From positions 806,001 through 870,000 of the forward strand of contig AP026123.1 of assembly GCA_030295235.1 (NCBI GenBank): a stretch of DNA of 64,000 nucleotides. The letters are read 5' to 3'. The notes beneath the pieces were generated by a model. It was not told the DNA's origin. It did no database searches and was given only the letters and a program-made list of their open reading frames with translations. Below, one piece after another: positions 24,313 through 36,344 of the stretch. The translations under genes and the position numbers were made by a program. Within the stretch, counting starts at the first letter, position 1. Each line of letters starts with the position of its first letter. This DNA comes from Fistulifera solaris. Taxonomy: Eukaryota.

Positions 24313-24824
24313 TATTTCACTTAGCTTCTGTTATGCATGAAATGAAAAATGACAATAGAGAGAGGCAATAGCAGCTTAAAGACCGATTTATCTTAGTTTA
24401 AACACTCAACACGCACATCGTGCTTCATTCGCATTTTTCTCGTCCTCGAACTTTTTGACCATCCTCACTCCAAACTCCAAAGGGTTAGGGATCGGGTATT
24501 CATTTTATACAGTGTGGTAGATGATTATAAAATTCAAATACATTAAATAGTACCGCTTGTTTGTAAAGAACGTCCTCAGTGCCTCACTGAAAGTAGTCTG
24601 GCGTTCACATAAAAACTATGAAGTGTCACACTTGTGTTTTTGTATATAGAGTAAAGGCATTTTCAATAATGCGCATTAGGCAAGCCGGACACGTTTTTTC
24701 CGATCAACGGTACAGTCTGGGTTTATCGGAAAACAGCTCCTCGACAAACTCAAATGAAACAAACCTGCATTTTTCTGCAACAGAATACTGTAATGCACTA
24801 TCTTCTACGTTCATAGAAGCAAAG

Positions 24825-27361
24825 ATGGGTCAATGTCAAAGCAATTGCAAAAGCACGGTCCCAGAGACTGTTGTGATCTTTCCTACGGCAAATGTCACAT
24901 CAACTGGTGCGACTTTTGTGAAAACTCACCCTCGGCTTCAAATCGATACATCTTTCCCACCAAATGATAGCAAGAGCAACGACAAAGCTCGCCTTCGAGT
25001 TCAAGTGCAAAACACGCCCTCGACTGTATCTATGAACTCACGATCCACCCCTGCTAGTAGCTATCAGGAGAATGCGCTGACCCCATTAAATAATGAGGAG
25101 TTGAAGGAAGCACTCAATCCTCCTCGCACATCGAAAAGCAAACAAAGAAAGCGGCGGTCAAGAAGCCATTCTATGAATGAAGCATACCCTTCCTCTAAAT
25201 CAGCAATCCAGCCAACCTCCTTTATCCCGGTTGTGTCGCTCAATGCTTGCAGCAAGGCCTTCATCCCCGAAGAAAAAGATCCGGATGCACCAAGTGACGA
25301 GGAGGAGAATCATCGTGATGTCGAGTTACAAAGAAAGCTTGAACAACCGCATATGCGCTACCAGAGACATACATGGATTCATACAGCAAAGTCGGGTGTT
25401 TCGCCGCTATCGATTGAACTACCGTCGCTCCCGCCTATTCCCCCCCGACAATAAGGCCGTACATCCCCAGGCTCTTTCCCACTTTCAAAAGCTAAAGATT
25501 GCAGCGGAAGTTGCTACGAAGCAAATGAAGCGTCAGCAAAGAATTAGTGCAGAAGAAGAGCGTGTTCAGGATATTTATGACCAGCGACAAAGGTGGACCG
25601 AATACGAAGCGATCCAAATCAGCAATAGCGAGAGAAATCAAGATCTACATTCATCGACCAATCAACAAGACTCCAAGAAGAAGCGAAGAGAAAAACAGAA
25701 TCATTCGTTCGACTTAAGTGACACTGACTCGTGGTACTTCGATTTTCAAGGCCATGAGTTTGATGTTGATGGAAGAGAATTCGATGTCGACCGGTACTGT
25801 GATGACGATTCGACAAGTCAGGCTAGTTTGTCGCTACTTAGCCAATCGAGTATGGAAGCCCAGCGACGCCTCTATGCTGAAAAAAGCTCGAAAGAGAGGA
25901 AACGGTAAATCGCGATCCGTAAGGCTCAGAAGCGGAAGTGTCGACGGCAAGAGTGTACGAAGCGCAAACAGCGTTCCTCGTAATGATTACGGTCCGAAAG
26001 AGAAATTGATCTCGAGAACGGCTCCTATCGACACCATCGAAGGTTTGGAATTGGAGTTTACGTCACGAGTTACTATGAGAAATGACGACGATCGTAGCCA
26101 GGTTTCAGATATAGCGGAAGGATATTCATTCTCGAATTCAACAAATTTCACTGAGACATTCAACAACGACTACGGAGTTGCACGAAGAAAGTACCGTATG
26201 GCAGCCCAAGTGGACGATGCTGACTCTCGTAACTCTGTCGATCCACGTTTTGAGGAAACATTGCGGGCAGTCAAAGCTGGGAGGTTAACGCCGGATGATC
26301 GCGTCATTTCAACCAAACCTTCCATATCGTCGAGATTAGATGCGGTAGAAAAACAACTCGCTGCAGTGGAACAATGTGGACCTGATTCGCGCGCTGCGAA
26401 AATTCGCAAGAAACAGGAAAAGCCAGATAGTAAAGAAAGAAGAGTCTCGTCTCTCATTTCGGTTTTCGAAACGTCGACTGATTCTGGGACGAAATCATCT
26501 ACTATACGACATCAAACACAAATGTATAATCAATCCAATGCCCCACCGCCCAACCATCGGGTACGACCGGAGCATAGCACGCCGCTCCTCAGAACATCGA
26601 ATCAAGTAGCACAACCGAATCTATCTGCCGCTGCTAGTGTGTCTTACAAGACTCGATCCACCCATCGTCCAGTTGATACAAACATCGCTCAAGACGCTCC
26701 CCGTCAGGAAAGTGTGCGAAAAGTTCCCGATACACCATTCGTAAATTCCAGTACACCCACTATCTACAAAAGCAATCACAACGGATCGTCTGCAGACAAT
26801 GTCGCTTCCCGGTCGAATGAAATTCAAAATATTGTTCCTTCGGGAATCGCGTTAAGGAAAACAGCCGAGAGAGCGAGGCGTCTCTCAACTTTAGTCGATC
26901 GCAATAGTGATCCAAACCGCTTGGCAGAACCAAGGAAAGTTCTTTGCTATCCAAGCTATTCCCTTAAATCTGAGTCAACAAAATCGGACCTAGCCGACGA
27001 CGTGAAACAAAAGTACTTTCGCGAGTCTCGAATTCCACGCGTTTTGGGACCATCAAAAGAGGAGTTCTTACAGTGTTCTGAAACATTTCGAGACACATAC
27101 AATCCGAGTGAAATTATTCACTACGTTGACTCAAATTACCAGATTGATTCCCCTTCACTGAGTGAGAATGCTTCGATATACTCTGATAGTAGCACTTCAG
27201 AATTCGGTGAGATAATGGCGATGAAGCCGACGACTGGTGAGGACAAGAAGAAGCGGCGCCGGGACCCAAACAATTTCGCAGACTTGAGTCTTTTGCGGGC
27301 AGAAAAAGTCGAGGCCCAAGTGAACGACGTGCTTACGAAATACAGAGAATCTTCAGCATAA
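24825..27361 (+). CDS. Large low-complexity hypothetical protein, predicted N-myristoylated/palmitoylated (MGQCQSNC)
   Basis: Three overlapping same-strand ORFs (24618, 25177, 25718) joined by frameshifts at a C-run (~25441) and an A-run (~25885). The N-terminus has an MGxxxS motif with adjacent Cys. Confidence 0.6.
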
Positions 27362-27382
27362 CAAATAGAACTATATTTGAAT

Positions 27383-30300
27383 TTATTTGGATTTTGCCAT
27401 GACAGCGGCGACAGCAGCAGCGAATGCTTCAGGGAGTAAAGCAAGTACTCTGGCAGCCTCTTCTGCAACTTCGCTATCTTCGGGATTGTATAAGCTGCAG
27501 TTGTCAAACACCAACAAGAAATCTGTATACAAAGCGGCTGCTGCATCTGAACCAGTTCCGTACTCCCCCTTTTCGACTTTTTTCTCGCATAGAGCCAAAA
27601 TCCATTGGATGTTCTACCACTTCGTTATACCCTGGCGCCTGGTCGTCGGACACTGGCTCAGTGAAGACGTCATATCGATCATGACTAGAGAATATGGCTG
27701 TTAATACGTTATTCATCAAAGAACACGTTTATCGCACCACTTTGCTTACCTGTTCATCTTCAACAAGGTACTAAGAGCCACTTCCTGGAATTTGTCCTCA
27801 ATCCTCTCCGGTAACCGCCAAGGACCGAGTTGTGTAAGATTTTTGCGTGCCTTTTTGAATGAACCATCCAGGGAATCCCGACGTTTTTTCAAGGCGACCA
27901 GGTCAAAGGCAGTTTCGTCGATCAGAAATTTCTTCGTAGTTTTGCCTGTCGCTTTTTTTATCCAATGAACTTTTGCGTTGACGCTTCGTTCCCGTGTTGG
28001 CCAAATTAGAACCGTCATGATCAATTGAGCCGTCATCCGTACCATTATCAAGGTTTTCCACGGAACGTTTCCTCTTGCCTCCTTTCTTGACTTTTCCAGG
28101 GGACGCACCATCTAGAGATATGCGAACACGAGCTTTTCCAGGCTTTTTCGCATCAATGGTATTATCGTCGCCATTTTTTGAAGTCTGCTTCTGTTTTGGG
28201 GTCTAAATAACAAACAGATGAGAGGAAGAACTTCTACATAACAGCTTCGTGCGAAATTTCTTACCTTCTTCTCTGCATCGGCACCCTCGCCGTCAACACT
28301 CCTTCGTTTGCGTCCTTTCTTGGCGCTACCCGGCTTCGGTTCCTCGATTATCTCAAGAATCGATCCGTCCTCTGCAATGAACAGTCCATGCTTGGACGCG
28401 GCGTCAAGAAGAAGCTTCGGTCTCATAACGTGTTGGTCGAATGCCTCTTTCACGATATCTGATTTTTTGTCATTGTACTTCCGACAGTTTTGCAAAATAA
28501 GGATAAAGTCTTTTTGCATGGCTTGTGCCGAGCGATACTCCCCATTTTCAAGCTTCTTTTCATCGTGCCGTAATCCATAGGTTTCTCAATTTCTTCATAG
28601 TAATCAGGAAAGTCTTCTCTCGACACTGGCTCGGAAAAAGTACCACCCCTGGAGCTGTCGTGCTTTATCATTTCGTCCAAAAGAGTTCGAAGGATCTTTG
28701 TAACCATATGACGAGGGAAAACAGGCCACGCACGTCCAGCTGCAGTGGCATCATCGTCATTAGCGAGCCACTGGCGCCTTCGTCGCGCTTCCTTTGCGCT
28801 AATTTTATCTTTTTTCGCTGTACTTGAATCATACACATCTTCTGCGACATCAGACCAATCTTCTCCGGAGTCAGAGTGGTGCAAATAGCCGTCATCTCCA
28901 AGATAACCTCCGCCGTTTTCAGAGAATCTACGTTTCCGACGGCGTTCAGGTGTCGGTACTTCCAACTCTGCCATCTCGATTCGCTTCCTTCTCTTTTTAC
29001 GCTTCTTGCCTTCAATCCTCAATTCCTGGATTACGTCATCAACCTCCTCCTCTCTTATTCCAGGTTGAAATCGGTTCTGCTCCGATACCCGACATCTGCG
29101 ACGACGGTCGCCCTCAAGCCGCTTCAGGTAGGAACGAGCTAGATGCCGTTGTTCTTCGTTAAACAACTTTTCCTTTACAGAAATCGTCAACAGCAACTTC
29201 TGGCAAATATCCTTATCATCTGGATTCATATCTTCTTCATCCTCTTCGAGTAGCCCCTCCATCATACCCTTCACGTCGCTAATAAACTTCACGACTTTCT
29301 TTGCTTGCGCACGTGACAATTGAAATTTGTTTTTGCTTTCCTTCCCTGAATGCTCGTCATCAGCATCGGAATCTGAGTCGTTGTCTTCTTTCTCAGAAAC
29401 CGCATCCGCATCCGCATCCGCATCAACTGTCGCAACGTTTGCATCGACTGATTCTGGTGCATCGGAAGTTTTCGCATCTGCCTTTTCCTCAGCTTCATCT
29501 AATTCATTTGTTGTCTCTTTTGGAGGTCGACCACGTCGCTTGCGTCCCCGACCCGGACCTCTTACTTTCCCATCTACTTCGTCTTGAAGTTCTCTCAACT
29601 TCTGCATCATCAGCCCTGGTGTAACGAAGTTTGGCATGACTTTCTGCCAGAACTCAGGGTCGTCCATGTCCAGGGCATCGCCACCAGCTTCAGCGGAAAA
29701 TTTTGATTTGCTGATCACCATTCCTTGCTTGTTTAACCAGGACGCAGTCTTAGCTCCCTCAACGACACGAGTTCGGGTTCGTTTGGCGAGTATACTTTCA
29801 ATATCGTCAGCGCAAAACTCTTTTGTGATCTCATCGTTTTCGTCCTCTAGAAGTGCATATGCCCCACGCTTCAATAGTTGCTCCATTTCTTGTTGAGTCG
29901 GCTTGTCGTCGTCTCTATCCTTCTCAAATGTTCCAAGTACAGCCTGTTCTAAACCCAGTTTCTTGCTTGCACGGTCGAACATCTCCTGTTCAAAACTACG
30001 ACTAGTTACAAGACGGTAAATTCGTACGTCGCGCGTCTGCCCGATTCTGTGACATCTTGCCTGAGCTTGAACGTCATTTTGTCTGAGAAAAAGAGTGCGT
30101 GCGTGAGTCTGTGATTGCTTGCACGGACGAAAACTCTTATCGTGTCTTTCACTTACGGATTCCAGTCACTGTCAAAGATGATACATATGTCGGCCGCAGT
30201 AAGATTAATTCCGACACCACCTGCTCTGGTTGAAAGCAGGAAAAGGAAACTGTCCGACTCGCTTTCAAAGCGATCAATTGCCTTCTGTCGTTCGGTTCCA

Positions 30301-33300
30301 CGAATGCGACCGTCCAAGCGTTCGTAGCGGAAATCACGGAACTCGCAATATTCTGATATCAGATCGAGCATTTTCACCATCTGACTGAAAATCAGAACTT
30401 TGTGGCCCTCTTGTCGTAACTTTGGAAGAAGCTTGTCCAAAAGCACCATTTTGCCGCTTGACATAACATAGCCTTGTTCGTTGACCATGTGCTGCTGCTC
30501 CTCGGGCGTTTTCCCTTCAAATGCACCTTTTTCAGACAATTCTCTGTATATTCGATCAAGCTCCCTGTGTTCTACGCCATCAAGAAGAAAGGGATGATTA
30601 CATGCTTTACGGAGCTCCATTTGGATGTTCATGAGCTTCGGCGTTATCTGGCGGTTAATCCCGATGCTCAAAAAAGCATGGTTGTGCTCGAAGATGGCCC
30701 TATAGTACTGCTTCTGAAGGCTAGTAAGCTCTACGTCAATAACGGTCTCTTCTTTAGCGGGAATATCCTTGGCCACATCGTCTTTCACTCTTCGAAGCAT
30801 GAATGGCGAAATCATCTGTTGCAAATTTTCGACCTGCTCTTGATTCGCCATGTTTCCGAATCTAGACTGAAAGTCATCGAGTTCCGGGAACTTATAAGGC
30901 TCGATAAAATTCAATAAGGTCCATAATTCCTTAAGGAGAAAAGCGTCGAGTGAGCACGGTCTTCAAAGGAAATGGATGGTAACTATGCACGTGGCAACTT
31001 ACGGTAAGATCGTTTTGCAGAGGTGTTCCTGACATAAGAACACGACTTTGGTAACCGTACTGCATTGTTCCTCTGGCACTTATTTCTCGCATGCATTCAA
31101 GTAATTTTCCTTTTTGATTACGTAGACGGTGGGCCTCGTCTACAACAGCGACACGAAAGGGAATATCACTGATAACATCGAAATCTCCGATCAAAGTATC
31201 GTACGTTGTAACCAGAACATCAAACTTCAAATACTCGGGCGTGTGTGGTCTATCTTCAAAGTACCATTCATATTCTCTCAAAACATCACGCCATACCCGT
31301 TGTCGATCGTGGTAGATGCAGCACACCATATCAGTCCATCCTTCAAACTCTCTTCGCCAATGTTCCACAGTAGAAAGGGGCACAACTACAAGGAAAGGAC
31401 GTCGTATTTTTTCTACACGGAAAAGATGGTCGATGAAGCAGACAATTTGAACAGTTTTTCCAAGCCCCATTTCATCTGCCAAAATGCATCCTTGTCGTTT
31501 GTACCAGACGCTCGATAGCCAGTTTACACCATCAATCTGATAGTCACGCAACTTGTTTCCATTCTTGTAAATATGTGGCTCATTCGGATCATAAAGCTTA
31601 TCTCGGAACTCCAACCATGCCTCTTGAGCTTTCTTGCCTCCACCGCCACGCGTCTGGGGCGCACCGGCTGTTACTTTTGCTCCTGCTGCAGCATATCTCC
31701 ACTTGTATCCACCGACTTCGTCGCCGATATCTTCGTCATAGTCGTCGAGAAGAACCTGACGCAAATCTTGCAAAGGGAGCTGCAGTGTAGCGGCAGCTGA
31801 CTCAACGTTGGTCCAAACGTGTAATACCTCTCCGGTCGACACAGAAACTTGCTCGATCTTTACTGTTGACTTCTTGACCGATTTCGACGGTGTATCGGAT
31901 GCTTCTTTCTCATCAGATTCTTTATGTGATTCTTCTAGACTAATTTGTGGAAATCCATCAAAAGTTGCCTCGTCTGGTTGGTCGGGAGATATCAAAACAG
32001 CGGCTGCTAGTTTGGCACGCTCCCCAAGAGTCGAGAACTCTGTTTGTCTGGCTGGAAGCGAGGATCTTTCGTCTTCTTTGCTTCTTTTGGTTTTGATCAC
32101 CTGCTCACTAGCCTTTGCAGTTGTAAAAGTTTGATCGACCCCATCCAGAAAGTAAGCCCGGTCTTCGGTACCGCCTTCATCGCTACTATAACCAATGTCC
32201 GTGTCAAGAAGTCGGAATGCGAGGGACTGCGTCGTCTCTTCGGTTTGAAGAACGCCGTACTTGTAGCTTTTGTGATCGTCAGGATGAACTTCCGGAGCTA
32301 AATCGGAAGATGATTTCTCTTTTTCCGGCTGCGTAGCTTCCCCAATCGCTGAATCCCCTGAAGCGGGTTCTGTAGCTGCGTGGACTTCATCTGAAGCATT
32401 CTGAGCCATTTCTTCATCCTCGCTATCAGGTTCGAATTCACCTTCGCTGCCACCTTCCTCCGAATCGTTGTCCGAATCGCCTCTCTCGCTCTCTGAATCT
32501 AGGTCGTCAGAACGGTCGACTTCGTCGTTTATATTTTCAACTATATGCTGTCGTTGCAGTAAAATGCGTTGGCGGTCAGACATGAACTTCGTGCGCATCT
32601 CCTCTATTGCGTAGCGGCCCTTGTCGCCAGAGCTGACGAGATGGGTATCGCATCCGGAAAGGCCATTTTCGAGGAAGCGCATGTAGGCGAACTTGTTCTT
32701 GCCGCTTTCTTTCAACAATCCGATCACTTCTTTGAAAGTCTTCCCGATTGTTCCAACCCCATCCACAGCAATAATCTTGTCTCCAATGTTTCGCACTAGC
32801 TTTCTTTCCTCAGCAGGGCCCTTGGTCCCATCAGGAAACGCCCTATAACCAAGAAACGCGACCGCACCATTGATCTCTCCTACGTTCATCATCAAGCCCT
32901 TCGATGTAATGGGTATTATAGCATCGTATTCGCCCTGCATAAGCGGTGGTAGAGAAGCAAAACAGCTTTGTGTCTTCGCTTCTTTTCGTGCAACTCGAAA
33001 AACCATGTCAGAAACACACGAAACAACATCACCTGGGTGCACCAAGCCATTGATACTTGATTTAGCGTTCAGTGGAGCACAATTCATCAAAAAGCCTGAT
33101 TATGTGGTCCGCATTCAGCAGTTAAAGTGGGAGGGGGGCACGAAACGCCAAATTTCAGGAACTCGAACGAGCGCGTTTGCGCATAGAGCTGACTGCGCAA
33201 CAGTGGTGTACATCCTTGTCCTCCTGCGTTTTCTTCAACGGTATGCTTTGTTCCCAATAAGGTTTTTGCCACAGCCTGCGCTTCAACTTCTGTTTCGTCG

Positions 33301-35388
33301 GCATGACTGCTATTGAGTTTCCTGAAGTCTGCTATAAGTTTATCATCGTTGATATCGGCTCTGGTTTCCCACGTGCAGAACTCATAACCAAGGTTCTTCC
33401 ATTTCACCAAAAACATGCTTTGCTTTACTTTCTTCATAGGAATATCGCCAAGCTCAGCTCTTTTCCTGGCAGCGTTTTCTGCCACTGCAGAAAGCATTTT
33501 AATCCCCTTAGCGGTTTTTAACTTCGGCTTGCATTCGGGGCAATGCCATGCCTTGGACGGGGCTTTCTTCAGTTGTGGTGTGACGCACTTGAAACCATAC
33601 ATTGCATCACAATGGTCGCATAATACCATTTGATCATCTGGGGTTTCGCACCTCCCATCGTGACATCTACAAGTGTGCTCCCACGGCCGGGCACGAGGGT
33701 CCTTCCAACGCAAATACCGTTCCCGAAATTCAAGTACCCATGCGTGGTAAAGCCGTTCGAAAAGTTTCGACATGTAGTCGGCTACATGCCATATCGCCGA
33801 CCCATGTTGGTTGTATATCTTGCAATTGTTCCACACCTAACACGGTTGAAGTTGGAGAGACCAAGTGAGATAGGTACAGTGACCTTTCTTCCGGCAAAAA
33901 CAAACTTACCTTTCGCATGTCGCGCGCAAATTGTTCGGGCATTTGATATTTTTTGCTCATCAGCTTGCTTCGAACGGTTCCAAGATCCATTGGAGAGTCA
34001 ATAACTTCCTCGTAGTCTGGAAAGTCCTCTGTATCCACAGGTTCAAGGAATATATCTGCAAAGCTATCTTTAGCCAACCGTTCCAACACCATCAGGCACC
34101 GTCTAAGAGGCTGCCACACCTCATTGGGCTTCTGAGCTTTAGCAAGCAGCACTTTCTCTTTTTCGTACTGGCGAGCTTCTTCCTGCGACAACAGCACAAA
34201 TGGCTCCTTCTGCTCGTCTGTCATGGATCTCCACTTTTCAGCGACGATGGACATTATCTCGGCCTGAATTGCATTTGGATTCTTTCTTTGAAAATACGAA
34301 CGTAGAGTGCACTGAAAGAATATGTAGGAAGCGCGAGGCTTCTTGGGCGGTTCAGTAACATATCCATCTCTGTATGGGTTATCCGAACCTTCAACTTTGA
34401 CGTAGTAAGGATCCTCTTTTGCCACAATGGCTCTCAACTTTTCGAGAGTCAGTTTGTTAAAATCAATCTCATCATCAGTCAAAAAATCGAAAAGATCTCC
34501 GACATCTTCTTCCTTCGGAGCACTTTCCTCAGATGGTACTTGTTTGTCAACAGTCACCTTTACTTTTGGATCTTCTTCCTTTTTACTCACGGAGGAGTCG
34601 TCACTCGCTTCAGCAAGCTCTTTTTCGCGTTCCTTTTCCCACCGAAGAAGCTCTTTATCGGTCAATTCGACGGAGATTTCCTGCTCAGCCTCATCTAGAA
34701 TCTTTTCAGGTATGAGATAATTTGGGTCGAATTCGGGATTCTCCAGGTCCTCTTCCGTACCAGCATGCACTTTCTTGACAAAGCGCCTGTATATCCCTTT
34801 GCTGACTTGTTCATGCTCTCGAGATCGGCGCCCGTCTTCCATTCCAAATGTAGATACGAACGTCCCTTGTATTTAACCAGATATTCATATTCGACAAGCT
34901 CATCCGATTGCTCCCCGTTTCTTGGAGATCTTGTTGAAGGCGAAGACACTTTTTTCTTAACGTTCTTTTTTCGACGAATGGGTCGGTTGGCGCCATCATC
35001 ATCGGAATCTTCGTCATCAACATCTTGAGCGTCTTCTTTGTCATCAACCGGACGACGACCCACAATTAGTTCAATTCGTGGGGATCCGTCTTCCTCGTAT
35101 TCCGGCAGGAAAGGAAAGCGATCGCGGATCGGGGGGAAGGGCTGGGTCGTATCCTTTTTCCGTGTACACTGGTCGGTTGTCATACTCATCGTCATCATCC
35201 TCGACTGCAGTAGACGTCGTAACAACCGTTGTACGAACTCCGCTTCCTTTCGATTTGCGGCCTCTTCGTTTGACCGGCGGCGGAGCCTCTGCCTCGCTAT
35301 CTTCGAACAGATCAACGTCGCTGAACTCTTGTTCCTTGCCGTAATCGACCCGCTTGATCGAGGCTCGACGAGCACGGCCTTCTGACAT
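27383..35388 (-). CDS. CHD-family SNF2 chromatin remodeller (chromo, HMG, bromo, PHD, chromo, PDZ-like, NUMOD1-like, SNF2 ATPase/helicase, two further bromodomains)
   Basis: LRDYQIDGVNWL, ILADEMGLGKT, VVDEAHRL, SGTPLQN, LSTRAGGVGINL, DSDWNP|QNDVQAQARCHRIGQ. Chromo motifs YLVKYKGRSYLHLEW and FLVKWKNLGYEFCTWE. Introns 33837-33909, 30930-31002, 30083-30156, 28203-28264 and 27685-27749. Several frameshifts. Confidence 0.92.
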
Positions 35389-36344
35389 TTCTGCCGGCGT
35401 TTACAGTAAAACAATTGCGGTATTAAATTCTGAAGAAAGAGCGAGAAACATGGGTGAGTGTTCATCAAATGCAAATTTCGAACGGTATTTTTTCCCCATA
35501 CTATGAACCAGTCGCATGGCTTAGTTGCGCACGTTGCGGAGACCACCGTGTGCCCAATATATATTTATACTCGTATTTTCATCCATAAATCGATATCGTT
35601 ACAAAAGGTGGTAAAAACATGGCCAAGTTGATGGCTCGGGATGCCGAAATTCAAAATGTACCAACTGGGCGTGCACTTTTGGAATTACGACGAACCAAAA
35701 AAATCGCATGTCGCGAACGGACCAAAACTCGGCCATGGCCTTCACATTTCTCGGTAAAGTATCGAAAACACTCAAAAACAATGCCAAACAATCAATCCAA
35801 AACCCTTTTGAGCACATACCTATTACTTATAAATGTGGTTATCAAATAAGTAAACACAGTCAATGCAATCGATGCATTTGTTTGCGTCGATGGCCCGAAA
35901 ACGCAATGGAGCAATGGAGCTCTTTTTTACGCTCATTCATGCGGACGAGGTTGCGGAGCGCGCGCATGGCCATAGCTTTTTGAATTGAAATTCCTTTGAT
36001 GTGTATGAAGAAGTGTCAGCGACGGAATCTGAAAATTCCTCCTACACCCACCAATCTTTATGAAAAGAGTGTAGAAGAGGATACTCTAATGTGGAAAGTA
36101 CAAAGATTCCATTGGCCCGTCCTGCGCCCGTGTGCTGACCATTGGCGCGAATGGGCGCTGCAGGCGTGCACCGTTTCAACAGACCCCCAACGTACAAGCA
36201 TCGCGCCGGCAGGGCTCACATACTGGGGACGGAGAAAAGAATGGATGAGCCTTTTTCTCGCGACGCAAACAGGGGGGAAACAACGTCTGCAACAACTTGC
36301 AAACCATTAACCAGGTTTCCGTACTTCGAATCACAAGCATATCA

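Noticed and set aside
24478..24495. GGGTTAGGG telomere-like motif
   Set aside because: Single occurrence, not an array.
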